Source: Prorocentrum cordatum (lineage: Eukaryota). From it: DNA of 64,000 nucleotides. Position 1 is the first letter of the stretch. Every line of letters begins with the position of its first letter. The DNA lies in NCBI GenBank assembly GCA_963575745.1, contig CAUYUJ010000218.1, forward strand, positions 1-64,000, read 5' to 3'. The notes below the pieces were generated by a model, which ran no database searches, had not been told where the DNA came from, and saw only the letters and a program-made list of their open reading frames with translations. The position numbers and the translations under genes are program-made. Of this stretch, positions 26,006 to 49,047 are shown piece after piece.

Positions 26006-27844
26006 AGTTTTCCTCCAGCGGCAATGTGACGACACCGTCTCGGAGTACCAGGCCAAAACACACGTAGGCGATCTCACACAAGGCGTAAACACATAGGTGG
26101 ACTGGATGATGGCAGTCGCGTGCAGAAAGAGGAGCTGCGCTAGGCGAGCGGTTGCGGATAGTTCAGCAGTACATGCAGGTCATGCAGGAGAGGGCGACAA
26201 CGACATGGGCGTGATTAAAGTTTGGTGTTGTTTGCCGTCGCAGCGCTGACGGCCATGATGTGTTGAAAGGCTGTTGCGGTATCAGTTGGCGTTTCCTTCA
26301 CTTTCGTTGTGCTGTGGCAGTGGCTGCACCAACATAGAACCAGTACTACCTGAGTCCAACAACGCCTGAGCACCACTGTGACTGTGACTGGGGAGGAGTT
26401 GGGAGGATTCTGGATGAGTTGGAAGGAGCGCCGATGAGTGCGATGGAAACAGGAGGAAGAGGAGGAGGAGGAGGAGTGCCGAGGAGGGGGAGGAGGAGGA
26501 TGAGGAGGATGAGCTGGAGGAGTGCAAAGAAGTGGAGATGAGTCCCGAGGAGTGCCGAGGAGTGGAGAGGAGGAGGAGGAGGAGGAGGAGGAGGAGGGAG
26601 GAGGAGCAGCAGCAGGAGGAGGAAGAGGAGGAGGAGGAGTGCCGAGGGGTGCCGAGGAGTGGAGATGACGATGAGGAGGATGAGGAGGAGGAGGAGGAGG
26701 AGGAGGAGGAGGAGGAGGAAGAGGAGTGCCGAGGAGGGGTGGGAGGAGCGCCGAGGAACGCCGAGGAAGTAGGAGGAGTCCAGAGGACTGGCGAGGAGTG
26801 CCGAGGAGTGCATAAAAGGATGGGGAGGAGGAGGAGGAGGAGGAGGAGGAGGAGGAGGAGGAGGAGGAGCAGCAGGAGGAGGAGGAGGAGTGCCGAGGAG
26901 AGGAGTGACGAGGAGTGGAGAGGACGATGAGGCAGATGAGGAGGAGGAGGAGGAGGCGGAGCAGGAGGAGGAGGAGGAGGAGGAGGAGGAGGAGGAGGAG
27001 GAGGAGGAGGAGGAGGATGTGCCGAGGAGGAGTGTGAGGAGCGCCGAGGAAGGAGGAGTCCAGAGGACTGGCGAGGAGTGCCGAGGAGCGGCGCCTCCTG
27101 CGGAAGCCTCGGAACTTCTGGAGACCTCCGCAAAACCTCTGCAGGCCTCCGAAAACCTCTGGAGATTTCGGGAAACTCCGGAGACTTCGGAGAAGCCTCG
27201 GGAGACTTCCCGAAAAACCTTCGGCGACCTCCAGGGCGTCCGGAGACATCCGTAAACCTCCAGAGGCTTCCAGAAACCTCGGGAGACTTCCGGAGACCTC
27301 CGAAGACCTCCGAAATCCTCCGGACTTCCAGAAGAGGGACGGAGGGAGGAGGGAGGAGGAGGGAGGATGAAGGAGGACGCAGGAGGAGGGACGAGGAGGG
27401 AGGAGGAGGGAGGAGGAGGGAGGAGGAGGGAGGAGGAGGGAGGAGGAGGGAGGAGGGAGGAGGGAGGAGGGAGGAGGAGGGAGGAGGAAGGACGAGGAGG
27501 AGGAGGAGGAGGAGCAGGAGGAGGAGCAGGAGGAGGAAGAGGAGGAGCAGGAGGAGGAGGAGGAGGAGGAGGAGGAGGAGGAGGATGTGCCGAGGAGGCC
27601 GGGCGAGAGGACTGCGGCGCTGCGCCGACGGTAATGCTGCTGATGACACGCACACAGGCACTCCACGACGATGAGCACGACGATGAAGAGCGATCGATGG
27701 AGGGGGCGCAAGCTTCGGCGGAGCGGTGCTCTCGCCTCCGCGCCGGCCAATCCCTATAGTGGGGCCCACAAAGCCCCTACAGAAAAAAAAGCTAGCCTCC
27801 CCCTTCTAAAACACGAATTCTTCAAACCGGCTACCCTGGCCCCA

Positions 27845-28261
27845 GGGGGTCCCCCTTTGCAATCTATTTGGAACCAGGTTCCAAATCCTGTTCTCGAGGA
27901 AGCCTCAAGCGAAACGCTTGTTTTTCCAATTTCTACTGTTGGGAACCGCTTTGAAACCGTCAAGAAGGACATTTTGTCGAGGAAGTCCTACGCGGTTCTG
28001 CGATTTGGAACCGGCATCCCATTGTTTGGAACCAGGTTTCAAATCCTGTTCTCGAGGAAGTCCCAAGCGAAACGCTCGTTTTTCCAATTGTTTGGAACCG
28101 ATTTCTATTGTTTGGAACCGCTTTGGAATCGTCAAGAAGGCCATTTTGGCGAGGAAGTCCTACGCTGCCCTGCGATTTGGAACCGCCATCCCATTTAGCC
28201 TTATAAAGATTTAATGAAGGGCCCAAACCTGGTTCCAACCGTCAGATTGCCACCCCCCCCC
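27845..28261. mobile_element. MITE-like element with internal ~160-bp tandem repeats
   Basis: GCAATCT..TTGGAACCAGGTT and AACCTGGTTCCAA...AGATTGC inverted ends. Internal repeat GGAACCAGGTT.CAAATCCTGTTCTCGAGGAAG at 27870 and 28028. Confidence 0.55.
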
Positions 28262-29239
28262 TGCCTGCCTGCCCCCCGTTCACGTTGTAACAGGCTCCCT
28301 GTCCCTAACAGGACGACGCTCGCACGCCGGACGCGCATCGACCGACCCTCTGCAAGATCCACGAACATTCATCACGGCACAGTAGGAGAGCTGGAAAATC
28401 CCGTCCAACATGCCACACGCCAGTGACGTGCGAGGCGACTGCGACAGCGGCACTCTCCCAGCGCTAACGGCACGGACGCAGAAAACAGCGCCTACACACA
28501 CGCACACGCACACAAACACACACACACACACACTTTTCGTCGGCGGCGAGGCAGAGTTAGCTGCACCAGCGAGAGAGCTAGACGGGGGCACCGAAAAGCG
28601 AATTGGCCAGCATGCTCACACGCACAACTACACACTACACACAACCACACACACACACACGCACACACGCACACGCACACACACACAGGCACAGACATAT
28701 ACACAAACATAGACACATACTCTTGCACACCTTTGCACACTCTGCCGTCGAAGCGATCGGTGTGCCAAGTCCTGCGCCGCCACACGCGCCAACCCCGAGG
28801 TGGGTCGCTGGGCACGAGTGCTTCACGCGAAAGACGGGGCGGCCTACAGAAAATAGAAAGAGAAAAGCCACACCAGCTTTGCGAGAAGAGCTATATAACG
28901 CTAGGGCAAACATCACGCAGGACGATACCATGCGGTCCCTGGCGGCAGCCGGACGAAGTTATGATCGGGGCGTGGTCCGCCAGTTCTCCAACGGCGGCCG
29001 GCGGCGCACCCTTCGTAGTGTGTGTGTGTGTGTGTGTCTGTGTGTGTGTGTCTGTGTGTGTGTGCGTGAGCGTGCGTGTGTGTGCGTGTTCGTGTGCGTG
29101 CGTGCGTGTGTGTGTGTGTGTGTGTCTGTGTGTGTCTGTGTGTGTCTGTGTGTGTGTGTGTGTGTGTCTGTGTGTGTGTGTCTGTGTGTGTCTGTGTGTG
29201 TCTGTGTGTGCGTGTGTGTGCACGTGTGTGTGTGTGCGT

Positions 29240-29272
<33 letters not shown>

Positions 29273-30051
29273 CGTTGTTGCGTGCGTGCGTGCGTGCGTG
29301 CGTGTGTGTGTGTGTGTGGCATGCGCAGCCCCGTGAAGCCCTCTAGGGGCGAGACGCACGTCCAAAAACAAGACGAGAAACAAAAAAAACAAACATGCCG
29401 AAGGGGCAACGCTGCGCATGTCCACCTCAGCTCGCAGCAGCACAGGCGGCCGGCCCCGTGGCATGGGTGCCTCAAACAGGCCCTGCAAGGCCCCCTCGCA
29501 CACCTACCGGTCACCTCCCTGTCTCTCCGCGGAGGCTCCGGCGCCAGGCGGGGGCCGCCTTCCCGGAGGTCCGTGGGCGTCCTGGCCCGGGAGCGATCCC
29601 GGAAAAGAGGAGGGTGCGCAAAGAGACTGCAACCCTCGTCAAAGTTCACCTCGAAAATGTCTTACGTGGCGGAACTGTTCGTGGGGAGACACTGGAAAGA
29701 GTAGGGGTGACTGCGAGGTACTTGTATGCGCCGCCCCTCCAACGTCGGTCATCATCGAACTTCCGAGTCGTTCCCGGTCAGACCACTTTTGCCTTGGCCC
29801 CGACATTGAAGGGGCGTCTATCGACATTGAAGGGCGCGCCGACATCGCACGGGCGTGGTCGCCAGTTTTGAAGATAATTTTGACGAGGGTGGTAGAGCGG
29901 GAGAGGGCCAAAAGGCAGGTCTTACCACAAACCTCCTCTTTCGACGTGAGACATCATCTCCACGAGAGAGGCGCTCGGGCCAGAGTCCAGAGCGAAAGCT
30001 GCTCGAGCTCAAGCGGGCTGCCACGGTACAAGCCGGCATACCTACCTATCA

Positions 30052-30212
30052 TTAGGTCGGGCGTGTCCCCATACAGGCGGATTTCGGAAGAAAATTTAAG
30101 AATAGTCAAACAATATTCAAAAGTAGCCTAAAAATAATCAAAAAATCGTCCCCTGATTATTTTTTGACTACTTTCGGATATTCATCCTGTAGAGGGACAT
30201 GTCCGACTTAAA
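30052..30212. mobile_element. MITE family B (second copy ~40221-40365)
   Basis: TAGGTCGGGCGTGTCCCATACAGG versus CCTGTAGAGGGACATGTCCGACTTA, with TTA/TAA flanks (Tourist-like, tentative). Confidence 0.6.
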
Positions 30213-31731
30213 CCCATCGCCACATAAGGAAATCTCCTCAAGCACAGACAGGGCGCGAGGGAGGAGTGAGGGCGCACGCGCGGACACAGAGCTCCCTCCG
30301 CCGAGCGCTGACACAAGCCTTCCCGTGCCATCGGAACCTACCGCGGCTATCAACCTACCAATGTGACTTCGCCTGTGGGCCAATGTGACCCCGTGGGCGC
30401 GCGCAACTAGCAATACCACATGTGCAGCGCCGGATCGCCCTGAGATAGTGGGCCGCGGGGGCGACATATTCAGCCGTTAATGACATAAACGACGTGCTGG
30501 AGCCTGAACTGGATTTCCTATGCAAGGTCTCAAAATACATGACTAACAACTGCGTGTGACTAGGGAGCGAGGACAAACCGGCTCAAAACTTGCCACCGAC
30601 CCGACTCTAGCATCTTCTTGACTAGGTTGAGATGACTTGGCCAACTCGATCACGGAAGTCACTTGTGGATCACGCAGATAAGCCATTGCCCTGACAGTAC
30701 ATCGACAACATACACACTTGAGGGGGATGTTCATTACCCCCCGGCCCCCGAATAGAATGCTGACTTTAGCATGGGATGTGGTTTGGGGCTCGAATATTTT
30801 TGTCCACCCATGCCTCCATTGCCGCACCCTCAAATCAATTGTTGGGGTCTGGGGGGTATCTTGCGCCGCAGGGTTCGAACTTATTGTACATGTGCGGGAG
30901 CTCAATTGGAGTGTCATCTGCGCGCTCAGTTTGCAGTAGCAAACCACTTTTTGAGTTACTCCTCCAGCGATGTGCAACACGATCGCGCCGCATGATAGCG
31001 AGAGAAGCAGCATCCGTTGCATCCACACGTTTGGGCGAAACCGCTCGAGCCCAGCTGTGTTGACCATGGGCGACGGCCGAGCTTAGCAAGCGGCAGGGGT
31101 AAAAAGGCGATAGAAAACGAGTCATGCAGGACGGAGGCGCGTGTGCGGTGGCATGAAACGAAGCGAGTGGACAAAGGAGACGTTGCAGCACGTGCGACCG
31201 CCCTGGGGGAGAAGAGGAGGAAGGAGAAGCCAGCCACGCGGGCAGTGGGCACACGTGCGTATCATGCAGTTTGCATCACATTCACACGCGAACACACAAA
31301 CACACCTCCTGCGGCGCGCTCTGACCCGCATCTCAAGGCGAATACGGACGTGGCCTCGAGGACGCCCCTGAAGCCCAGGCAGGGCGAAAAGTTCCCAGAA
31401 ACGCTGGTACTCCAGAGATCCGATGTGCCGTTTCTCGCACCAAGGATGGGCCGAACGGGCAAGAATTCAAGGGTACCCCTGGGAAGGTTGCCCATCCTCC
31501 ATCCTTACCATGCGGGTTGACTGTACTTCCGCCGCAAGGAAGAACCGCTGTTCAATGCGCTGGCTGCCTGGGCACCCGCGGCGGCCGCGGCGGCGGCCAC
31601 GGGAAAGCGACGGCGGACGGCGGCCACGGCCACGGGGCGGCTGGCTGCCTAGGCATCCGACCCCACGACGGACGGCAGCGGCGGCGGCGCCACGGCACAG
31701 CGGCGGCCGAAGGGGTGGCGGCCCGGCACGC

Positions 31732-34700
31732 CCGAAGGCGGGCTCCGAGCGGCCCTTGAGGCCGTCGCCGTCGCAGTCGCAGAAGCCGGACGCCCCCGCG
31801 GGGACCTGGCCGTGCGCGGGGGGGCTCACGTGGGAGGGCGCCAACTACAGCGAGGGCATCGGCTCAGGGGCCGTTGGATGGTCTGGAAGCCCCCCCTACA
31901 CTTTCCATGTGCTCTGGAGTTTCGTCTTCCCCCTCCCCACATCCCATATTGTCCCACATGTCCTCCTGGGAGTCGACGATTCTTTTGGCCTACAGTCGCC
32001 CGTCCCATAAGGATGCGCGATAAGGATGCGAGGGCCTTGGACGCTTATTCCGCAGCTTTTCGTCGAGCGGGACGCGGCCAACGAAAGTGGCCAAAGGATG
32101 GACCGAGGAGACAAGGATGCAGGCGTACAGTTGGGAAGGCTGCCCATCCTTACTATGCGGGTTGACCTGGGGCCATCCCTGGGCCCAGGATCTGCGAACA
32201 CCGCCCTCCTGGCTGGGGCCTAGAACGCACATCTGCACCGCCAACGCGCCCACGCCGCGCGAGAGCCACGGGCCCCGCGAGGGGAACAGCGGGTCCCCGG
32301 CCCATGGTGCCGCTCCGCCCAGGGACCAGGGCCATCGCTCCCGTCCAAATGTCGCTCTTGGTGGCGGTACCCGCGGCCCCCCGAAGCCCTGAGATCCTTC
32401 GATGCAGAAGAATGTCGCGACGCCGCGAGAAATCACGGCAGGAGACCTACAATGCCCCTCGAAGTCAAACGCAAGTGTTTCTCCTACCCCCTCGCCCCCA
32501 GATTTCGATGTTGATGAACGCGCGCAGCGCGGCCCGCGGGGTCAACAGAACAATTGCAGTCGCCAGCATCGGCGTCAACATTGAAATTGGCGGCCTGGAG
32601 GCGTCGCCAAGTCGCGGGAAAACATTGCGTTTGATTTCGAGGAGGGATGTAGACGCCGTGTGAGCGAGGATCAAACACGGGCCTTAAGCGAGATGACATA
32701 GCAACCTTACGCGGCGCCTTGCGCGGGCCGCCAGCGCGGCACGCCAGACTGGAAACGCGGGTGCTTCGCAGCGCCACGAGAAATCACGACAGGAGGCCCA
32801 GACCCCGCTTGAGCGAGGATCAAAAACGGGCCTTACGCGAGATGACGTAGCGACTGACGCGGCACCTTACGCGGGCCGCCAGAGCGGCACGCCACACTGG
32901 AAAAACGCGGGCGATCACGCGCGACCATGCGCGGGCAGCTTACGCGCCGATGTCGACGCAAATGACCCCGTTTTTAACGTCGCTCATGTTTTCGCTGCAT
33001 CTGTCCAGCCGGATGTGGTGGTCCTGGGGCACGAAAGCGAGCGAAAGCGCTGGCCGCGACACAGAAACGCAGCGTCGATCTCAGGCGAGGTGTCCGCCCG
33101 GCCGGCCGAAGCTCAGAGATCAAACGCCCAGATCTCATAGTTCCGTTCCCCCCTCCTCCTCGTCGTCATCGTCGTCGTCGTCGTCCTCCTCCTCCTCCTC
33201 CTCCTCCCCGCGAAACGTCCGAAGACGGCCCGCTAGTGGGCAGCGCGGGGGGCCCTCGGGCCCAGCTCGTCTGGCACCGGACTGCTTGCATGACGAGGTC
33301 GGCGTTCTCTTATTCGGCGTCTCGTCACTGCCTCCTCCTCCTCCTCCTCCTCCTCCTCCTCCTCCTCCTCCTCCGGGGGGTCTGGCTCTGGACCTCTGCT
33401 TGATGCGACTGTTTGCAGCAGTGCGTGCTGTGGGGGAGAGGCGCCACCTGCTCGAGGCAGGCGCCCAAAGCAGCCCAGATCTGCTCCCCTGGGGGGGGAG
33501 GGGGGGTGCGAGGGCCCGCGCCGATCGACAAAACCATGGGTAAAAAAACGACCACATGAGAGGCAAGGGTGCGCTTGCCTTCTTCGGCCGTGGGCCGGCG
33601 GGACCCGCGTCAGCTCTCACTACGCCACAATCGTCGCACGGCGCGACGAGCGGGGGGGCCGAACGAGAGGGCCCGCAAAAAAGTGAACGGAGCGAGGGGC
33701 CAGGGAAGGCACCACGCGGCGGAGGGACAACGACCGAGGAGGCAGGGGCTGCGCTGCCAGTAGACAAGCGCGCTCCACTACTCGCAAAGTAACTGCTCGC
33801 AGGTGGCCTGGATCCGACGCAGGGGATCTACGATCCATCACAAAGCGGCGAACAAGTGTTTTTTCGGACGTTTGCGAGCAGGCACTTTGCGAGTAGTGGA
33901 ACGCGCTCGGTGAGCCAGGGGGCACCAAGAGTGAGCACCGCGGGAGCTGGAGGAGGAGAAGGAGGATGAGGAGGAGGAGGAGGAGGAGGAGGAGCAGGAG
34001 GAGGAGGAGGAGGAGGAGGAGCAGGAGGAGGAGGAGGCGGAGGGGGAGGAGGAGGAGGAGGAGGAGGAGGAGGAGGAGGAGGAGGAGGAGGAGGCGGAGG
34101 AGGAGGAGGAGGAGGAGGGAGGAGAGGCGACAGGGCGGCCGCCGGGGAGGGGGCGGCGGGCCCAGGCGGGGCGCTCGGAGCAGGCTGGCCTTTGCACGGC
34201 GGTGTGGCAGCCCGGGCTCCGAGCAGGCAGGAGTCATGCACGGCAACTTCTCATTGAGCAGGGACCGACCGTCTGGGCATCAGTCTTATCGTCCTACCAC
34301 GACATGTTCCTAGAACCCCAGAATGTTCGAAAAACAAGAGCAAGGTTATTAAAGCATAAGCCCGAGTGTCAAAACAAGACAGTCTCAGCCAGAAATGTTA
34401 TAAGAACATTCCGTGCAGACCACAACAAGTTATTAGAACATTCTTTGGTGGGCCTATAGGCGAGCCAGGACGCTTCGCCACTGGTTGATCTCATGGGGGC
34501 ATCAGATTGGCGATTTCGGAAACCCTGAGCCCAAACAAAGTTTTCATCTCTTGGGGACACATCTCTTACTTCCGCCGCCTTCCGCTGGGCTTCCGCCGAC
34601 GGGGACGGCCTCGTTTTACTTCCGCCGCCCTTCCGCCGCCTTACGCCGAGGAAGAGATGACACCTCGTTCTATCCTCGAGGGCAAGGCCACTTTTGGAGC

Positions 34701-36829
34701 GCCCCGGATGTCTGGAGCTTCTAGCGTCCTGCCCAGGCCCCTGGGGGCCCATGGGAGGCCCAGCGCCGATCCAAGAAGAAGTCTGCGCGGGCCTCCGACA
34801 GCTTTTCTGCTCCTGTCGCAGTGTCGCTGGCTCTTCCTCGATCTCCACTCGGCGTCCCTTCCCTTGCAAGCCCCTTATCCTGCCCATCGTCACCGTCGTC
34901 CTCGTCGGCGTCGTCCTCCTCGTCCCCGGGATGACAATTGTTCCTGTTGTTGCCCCCTGTCACGCTGCCTCCCATGGGCCACGTGCCTTACCATCCTCCG
35001 CCTCCTTCCTCTTCCATCTTCCCTCCTCCCCCCGCCACCTCCACCTTCCCCGCCTACACCTTACCCCTCCCTCATCCATCCTTCACCCGCAGACATCCAA
35101 CGATCATATGATTGTTCAATGGGCGGCCCCGGAGGTCCCGAGATCTATGCTCGTTGGCCGAGATTACACAAAGCAGCGCGATTGAAAAAAAGATCGTCGG
35201 AGATCTGGGCTCACGGGGGGGAATCGACCTGGAATCGGCCATACATCGCCGATGGATCGGCGATGGGCCCCCGATGGCGAATCCTCGCATTCCTGGCCGG
35301 GGTGGGCTGTCGGGCCCCTGTCGGCGTTGCATGGGCGATTGGGGACCAATGCATGCCCCCGTGCCTGAGCCTATTCCCCCCTGACGTTGCCCCTTAACCG
35401 TCCCCGTCCCTCCTCCTCCGCGGCGAGCCCAGGGCCCAGAGCCCAGGGGGTAAGTGAGAAAGGGCGGGCCTGGTCAGAAGGCTCGGAAGCTCCCTGGCCT
35501 CCTGGGAAGTTTTCCAAGCCGCCCCGGAAGACGCAGGAAGACCTCTCGGAAGGCGCGAGAAGCCTGGCCGCCATCTGAGAAGGCCCTTCTCCTTCTCGCT
35601 TCCGCCCCTCTCGCTCGCCGCCGATCATCCCTCCTTCATCCTCCGCCTCCGCCTCCGCCTCCTCCTCCTGCTATTCCTCCTCCTCCTCCTCCTGCTCCTC
35701 CTCCTGCTCCTCCTCCTGCTCCTCCTCCTCCTCCTCCTCCTCCTCCTCCTCCTCCTCCTCCTCCTCCTCCTCCCCCGCCTCAGCGATGAGCAGGGGAGAC
35801 GAGGGAGAAGCGCAAAGTCCACGAGAACGAGGGGACCTGCTCGCGCCGCCCCGCCTCGACCGCGCGAGGGGCGCGCATGCGGGAGGCGTGAGCCCACGAG
35901 GTGGGCGCTCTCGGGCGCGGCACGGGCGCGACCGTGCCAGGAAGGCTGGTAGCTGGACGCTTGCCCACCCCCAGAGCGTCCCATACAGTGGAGACCCGTC
36001 CACAAGAAACCTCCCACAGGAAACCCAACCTTGAGACCCCGGGACGTCCATGGAATTCTGGTGTGGAAATGTCACGCTGTACATGGCAAAACCACCGAAA
36101 CCCAAGGAACCCAGGGCACCCTGGAGGCAAGCAGGATGTTTCTTGGCATGGGTCTCCACTGTAGAACCCTCCCCTCTTCGCCCTCCCTTCGTGTCCAGGT
36201 CTGCGGGGACCGCGGGGTGTCCTCTCTTCTGCCGACCTGCAAGCGGGGCTCCGGCAGGAGTGCACGGAGTCCCGGAGCGATTCCGGGAGGGGTTGCCTGG
36301 AACGCTTTGTTCCGAGGGATGCTTTCCCCCAAGACCTCTGGCAAGGCTGACAGGCCCAGTCGGGCCCACGGGTTTTCTTTTCATGACGCCGTCGGCGATT
36401 TGATTGACCCAAAAAGGAGGTCCAGCTGAAAGGGGGTGGTGCAACAGACTTGGGGCAATGGTATTGCAAACGTACTGCGCTGGAGAATTGTACTGCGTTG
36501 TATTGCAACCAATGTACTGCACGCGAATATCCAGCAATACATTTGCGCCACGGAATGTATTACACACCCCAAATCTACTGCAACTCCACAAAAACATTGC
36601 ACCAAATCTATTGCACCACCCCCTTGTAGCTGGACCCCCGTCTGCGTCAACCAGAAGTTAGCTATTCCTATCCTTTTCCTCGCCCTCCCTCCCTCCTCCG
36701 TCCCCCCACACGACCTCGAACGAGCAGAGCTGGTCCTTCTCCGGCTCCCGGGGCCCCCCAGTGCCGTCGCAGCCGCCAGTCTGCCTCCACATGCACCGCA
36801 CGGTGGCCCCGGCCCGCTCGTGCAAGCGC
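31732..36829 (-). CDS. Two exons (36829-36715, 31805-31732) of a gene encoding a Cys-rich WRQTGGC module (partial gene)
   Basis: An in-frame GT-AG splice gives RLHERAGATVRCMWRQTGGCDGTGGPREPEKDQLCSFE|VPAGASGFCDCDGDGLKGRSEPAFG. This reconstitutes the C..WRQTGGC..GPREP..D..C...VP.G.SG[FY]C.C module I recall from oomycete/algal secreted proteins (possibly DUF7495; unverified). Confidence 0.7.
36404..36650. mobile_element. MITE with ~45-bp imperfect TIRs
   Basis: TTGACCCA...GGTCCAGCT..AAGGGGGTGGTGCAA versus TTGCACCACCCCCTTGTAGCTGGACC...GTCAA, with an AT-richer interior. Confidence 0.65.
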
Positions 36830-37639
36830 CTGCCATCGAGGAGAAGAAGCAGGCTCCAGTCGGAGGAGGAGGAGGAGGAGGAGGAGGAGGAGGAGGAGGA
36901 GGAGGAGGCAGGAGGAGGAGGAGGAGGAGTGAGGAGGAGGAGAGGAGGGAGGAGAAGGAGGAGGAGGAGGAGGAGGAGAGGAGAAGGAGCATCAAAAGGC
37001 ACAGGATCCTCCATCCTTCTTTTCTTTCTCCTACTCCTTCTCCTTCTTCTTCTCCTGTCTCCTTCTCCTGCTCCTCCTCCCCCCTCCTCCTCCTCCTCCT
37101 CCTCCTCCCCCTCCTCCTCCATCCCTCCTTCCCTCCCATCCCTCCCTCCCTCCCTCCTCCTTCCCCCCTTCCCCCTCCTCCTTCCTCTCCTCCTGCTCCT
37201 CCTCCTCTCTCCTCCTCCTCCTGCTCCTTCCTCTCCTCCTCCTCCTCACCCTCCCTCTCTCCCTCCCTCCATCCCTCACTCCCTCCGTATCCTCCTCCCT
37301 CTCTCCTTCTCCCTTCCCGTAGGGATGATACTTAAGATGATGTGACGTGATGTCTTGTTCTTCGCACGGCAAAACTTCATTCGCTCGGCAACTCATGGCG
37401 TGAGCGTGCGTGGACGCACGGCTTAGCACGCACTGGGAGGATGCACTACAGAAACTACTTCTAGCTGCTGGAGTTGCTGCGGCGACTGCGTTGGTCACGA
37501 TCCTACGTTATATAGTCCCTCTCCGATTCTCATCTCACAATTCTGCTCATACTTCTCTAAGCATAGTTGCACAAGCACCTTCGGTGTGTCTCGCTCGCCT
37601 GCTGCTCCTCTTCCCTCTCACAGTCACAGTCACATGATC

Positions 37640-37925
37640 ACGCTCCTCCTTCGCATGACCATCCTGCTCTTGAGCATCATAACCGCCATCAGCATCATGC
37701 TGATGATGCTCCTTCTCCACCTGTTGCTCCTGCTCCTCCTCGTCATCATCATTTCATCATCATGATCATCGTAATGCTCTCTCGCTCTTTCTTTCTTTCT
37801 CTCTCTCTCTCTCTCCATCTCCCTCTCTCTCGCTCTCTCCCTCTCTTGCCCCTCCTCCTCCTCCTCCTCCTCCTCTTCTGCCTTTGTCTGCACGCTCGTC
37901 CGCCTCCTCCTCCTCCTCCTCCTCC

Positions 37926-37956
<31 letters not shown>

Positions 37957-37983
37957 TATCATTATAATCATCATCATCATCAG

Positions 37984-38015
<32 letters not shown>

Positions 38016-38072
38016 GCATCATCATCATCCTCATCCTCATCCTCATCCTCATCCTCATCCTCATCCTCATCC

Positions 38073-38103
<31 letters not shown>

Positions 38104-38170
38104 TCATCACCATCATCACCATCACCATCATCATCATCATCAGCCGCATCAGCATCAGCATCAGCATCAG

Positions 38171-38212
<42 letters not shown>

Positions 38213-39410
38213 TGCTCACCCTCTCTTCCTCCTGCTCCTCTCCTCTCCTCTCCTCCCCTCCACTCATCCTCATAATCCTCTTCATCCTTTCTTGCCTGCA
38301 GTCCCTCCCCCGCGTCCTCCTCCTCCTCCTCCACAAGCGGTTTTCAGCATTGTCCTCATCAATCGAATCACCATCGTCATTTTATCCTGGGGTTCCTCTA
38401 CCTGCTCCTCATCGCCAACCTCCTCAACAGCATCTTCACAGCGTCATAATAACCATCGTAAACGTCGTCGTAGTCTTACGCATCATGCTCACCGTCCTCC
38501 TCATCATAACTCATGTTACTCCGAATCATCATCCACATGCTCTGCCCCATCATGACCAGACGGATCGCCAGAATCATCATACTCCGCCCTGTCCGCCTCG
38601 AACTGCTCCTGCTCTTCCTCCTCCTCCTCCTCATCATCATCATCATCCTCATCCTCTTCTTCATCCTCAACCTCGTCCTTATCATCATTATCATCTCCAG
38701 CATCGTCACCCTGAGCACCGCCATCATCATAGCCCTCATAATCAGATTCCACATCATCCTCATCACAACCAATCACAAAGATAACCACCACAATCAACAT
38801 TACCACTGGCATACCCGTCTCGGAAATCATCCACCTCATCTTCCTCATCAGCACCATCATTGTAAACAATGTCATCCGAATACTCTTCCTGATAATCATC
38901 TCCTTCTCCTTCTCCTGCTCCTCCTCATCACAAGCATAATATTGTTCATCCTCCTCAACCAGCTCCACATTTGTTTCGTTGTCATCATTGTCATCATAAT
39001 CACTCTCACCGTACCCTCGAAATTCCTTTTACAGTTACTCCCAATCCTCCTCCGCGTCTTTCACAGTGACAACCATTGCCATCACACTCCTCGACCCTCA
39101 TCCTCCTCTTCAGGCTCACCATCAGAATTACCATACAGGTACTCCCCATGATGATCCTCCACTTGCTCATCCTACCCATCATCATCAGCAGCAGTAGCAT
39201 CATCATCACCAGCACCACCACAATCATCATCATGATCAACAACAGCAGCATAACCATCATCAGCAGCAGCATCATCATCATCAGCAGCGCCAGCACCATC
39301 GTCCTCCTCCTCCTCGTCATCATCAGCAGCAGCATCATCACCATCACAACTATACTTTTCACAATCATCATCACCACCATCATCACCATCACCGTCATCA
39401 ATCCCTCTTC
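37640..39410. repeat. Degenerate (CAT)n/(CTC)n trinucleotide tract
   Basis: Directly visible. Similar (GAG/CTC)n, (GAC/GTC)n and (CAT)n tracts occur throughout, e.g. 9040-10030, 17860-18260, 23130-23910, 44040-44530, 49750-50130 and 54960-55430. Confidence 0.9.
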
Positions 39411-40053
39411 CTTATCCGCCACCGTGCCGCGAGGCAAGAGTCGGAATGTTTCCAGTTCCCTCGAGTCCTCCGTCCTCAGCCCTGAGGGTTGAATGTTGAG
39501 AAGGCCAGACCACAAATCTACGGATTGTCCGGGGTGCTTCCCGCGTGTTTTCGCTTGACTTTCCCGGAGGCTAATTAGAGGGCCCCAAGACGGGCCAAGA
39601 GGCTCCCAAGCAGCCTGCAAGATGGTCCAAGAGTCCCGAGACGACTCAAGAGGGCTCCAGGACGGCCCAAGATGGCCTCAAGACGGCCCAAGAGACCCCA
39701 AAACGCCCCAAGAGGGCTCCATGAGGGCCCTCAATAGTGCCCCAAGATGCCCAAAACGTTGAGCTTCCATAGGTGCTTGCATGATTTCAGCGTTCTCGTC
39801 CTTTCGGGCTGCCAACGCTCCACGACGGCCAAAGAGGCCCCCAAGATCACCCCAAGACGGCTCGAGACGGCCCAAGAGGTCCCCAAGACGGCCCAAAGTG
39901 GGCCTCAAGACGCCCCCCAAAAAACCCAAGACGGCCCAAAGGAAGCCGGGGGCCAGTGCGGAGCCACGACTTCCGCGCGACCCTCCGAAAGCATAGGCTC
40001 GTGGCGCCCTCTGTTCCTCGACGGTCGCCGGCCTGCGGGCCCGCCGGCCTGGC

Positions 40054-48989
<8,936 letters not shown>

Positions 48990-49047
48990 GGCGACCGCGT
49001 CGTACAGCCTGCCCTGCGCGGCGGAGGCCAGAGTTGTCCCCACGGGG

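Noticed and set aside
33390..35836. Candidate exons at ~35836-35780 and ~33490-33392 chained to an alternative frame of the 36.8-kb exon
   Set aside because: They are phase-compatible but give no recognisable protein, whereas direct splicing to 31805 restores a conserved Cys module.
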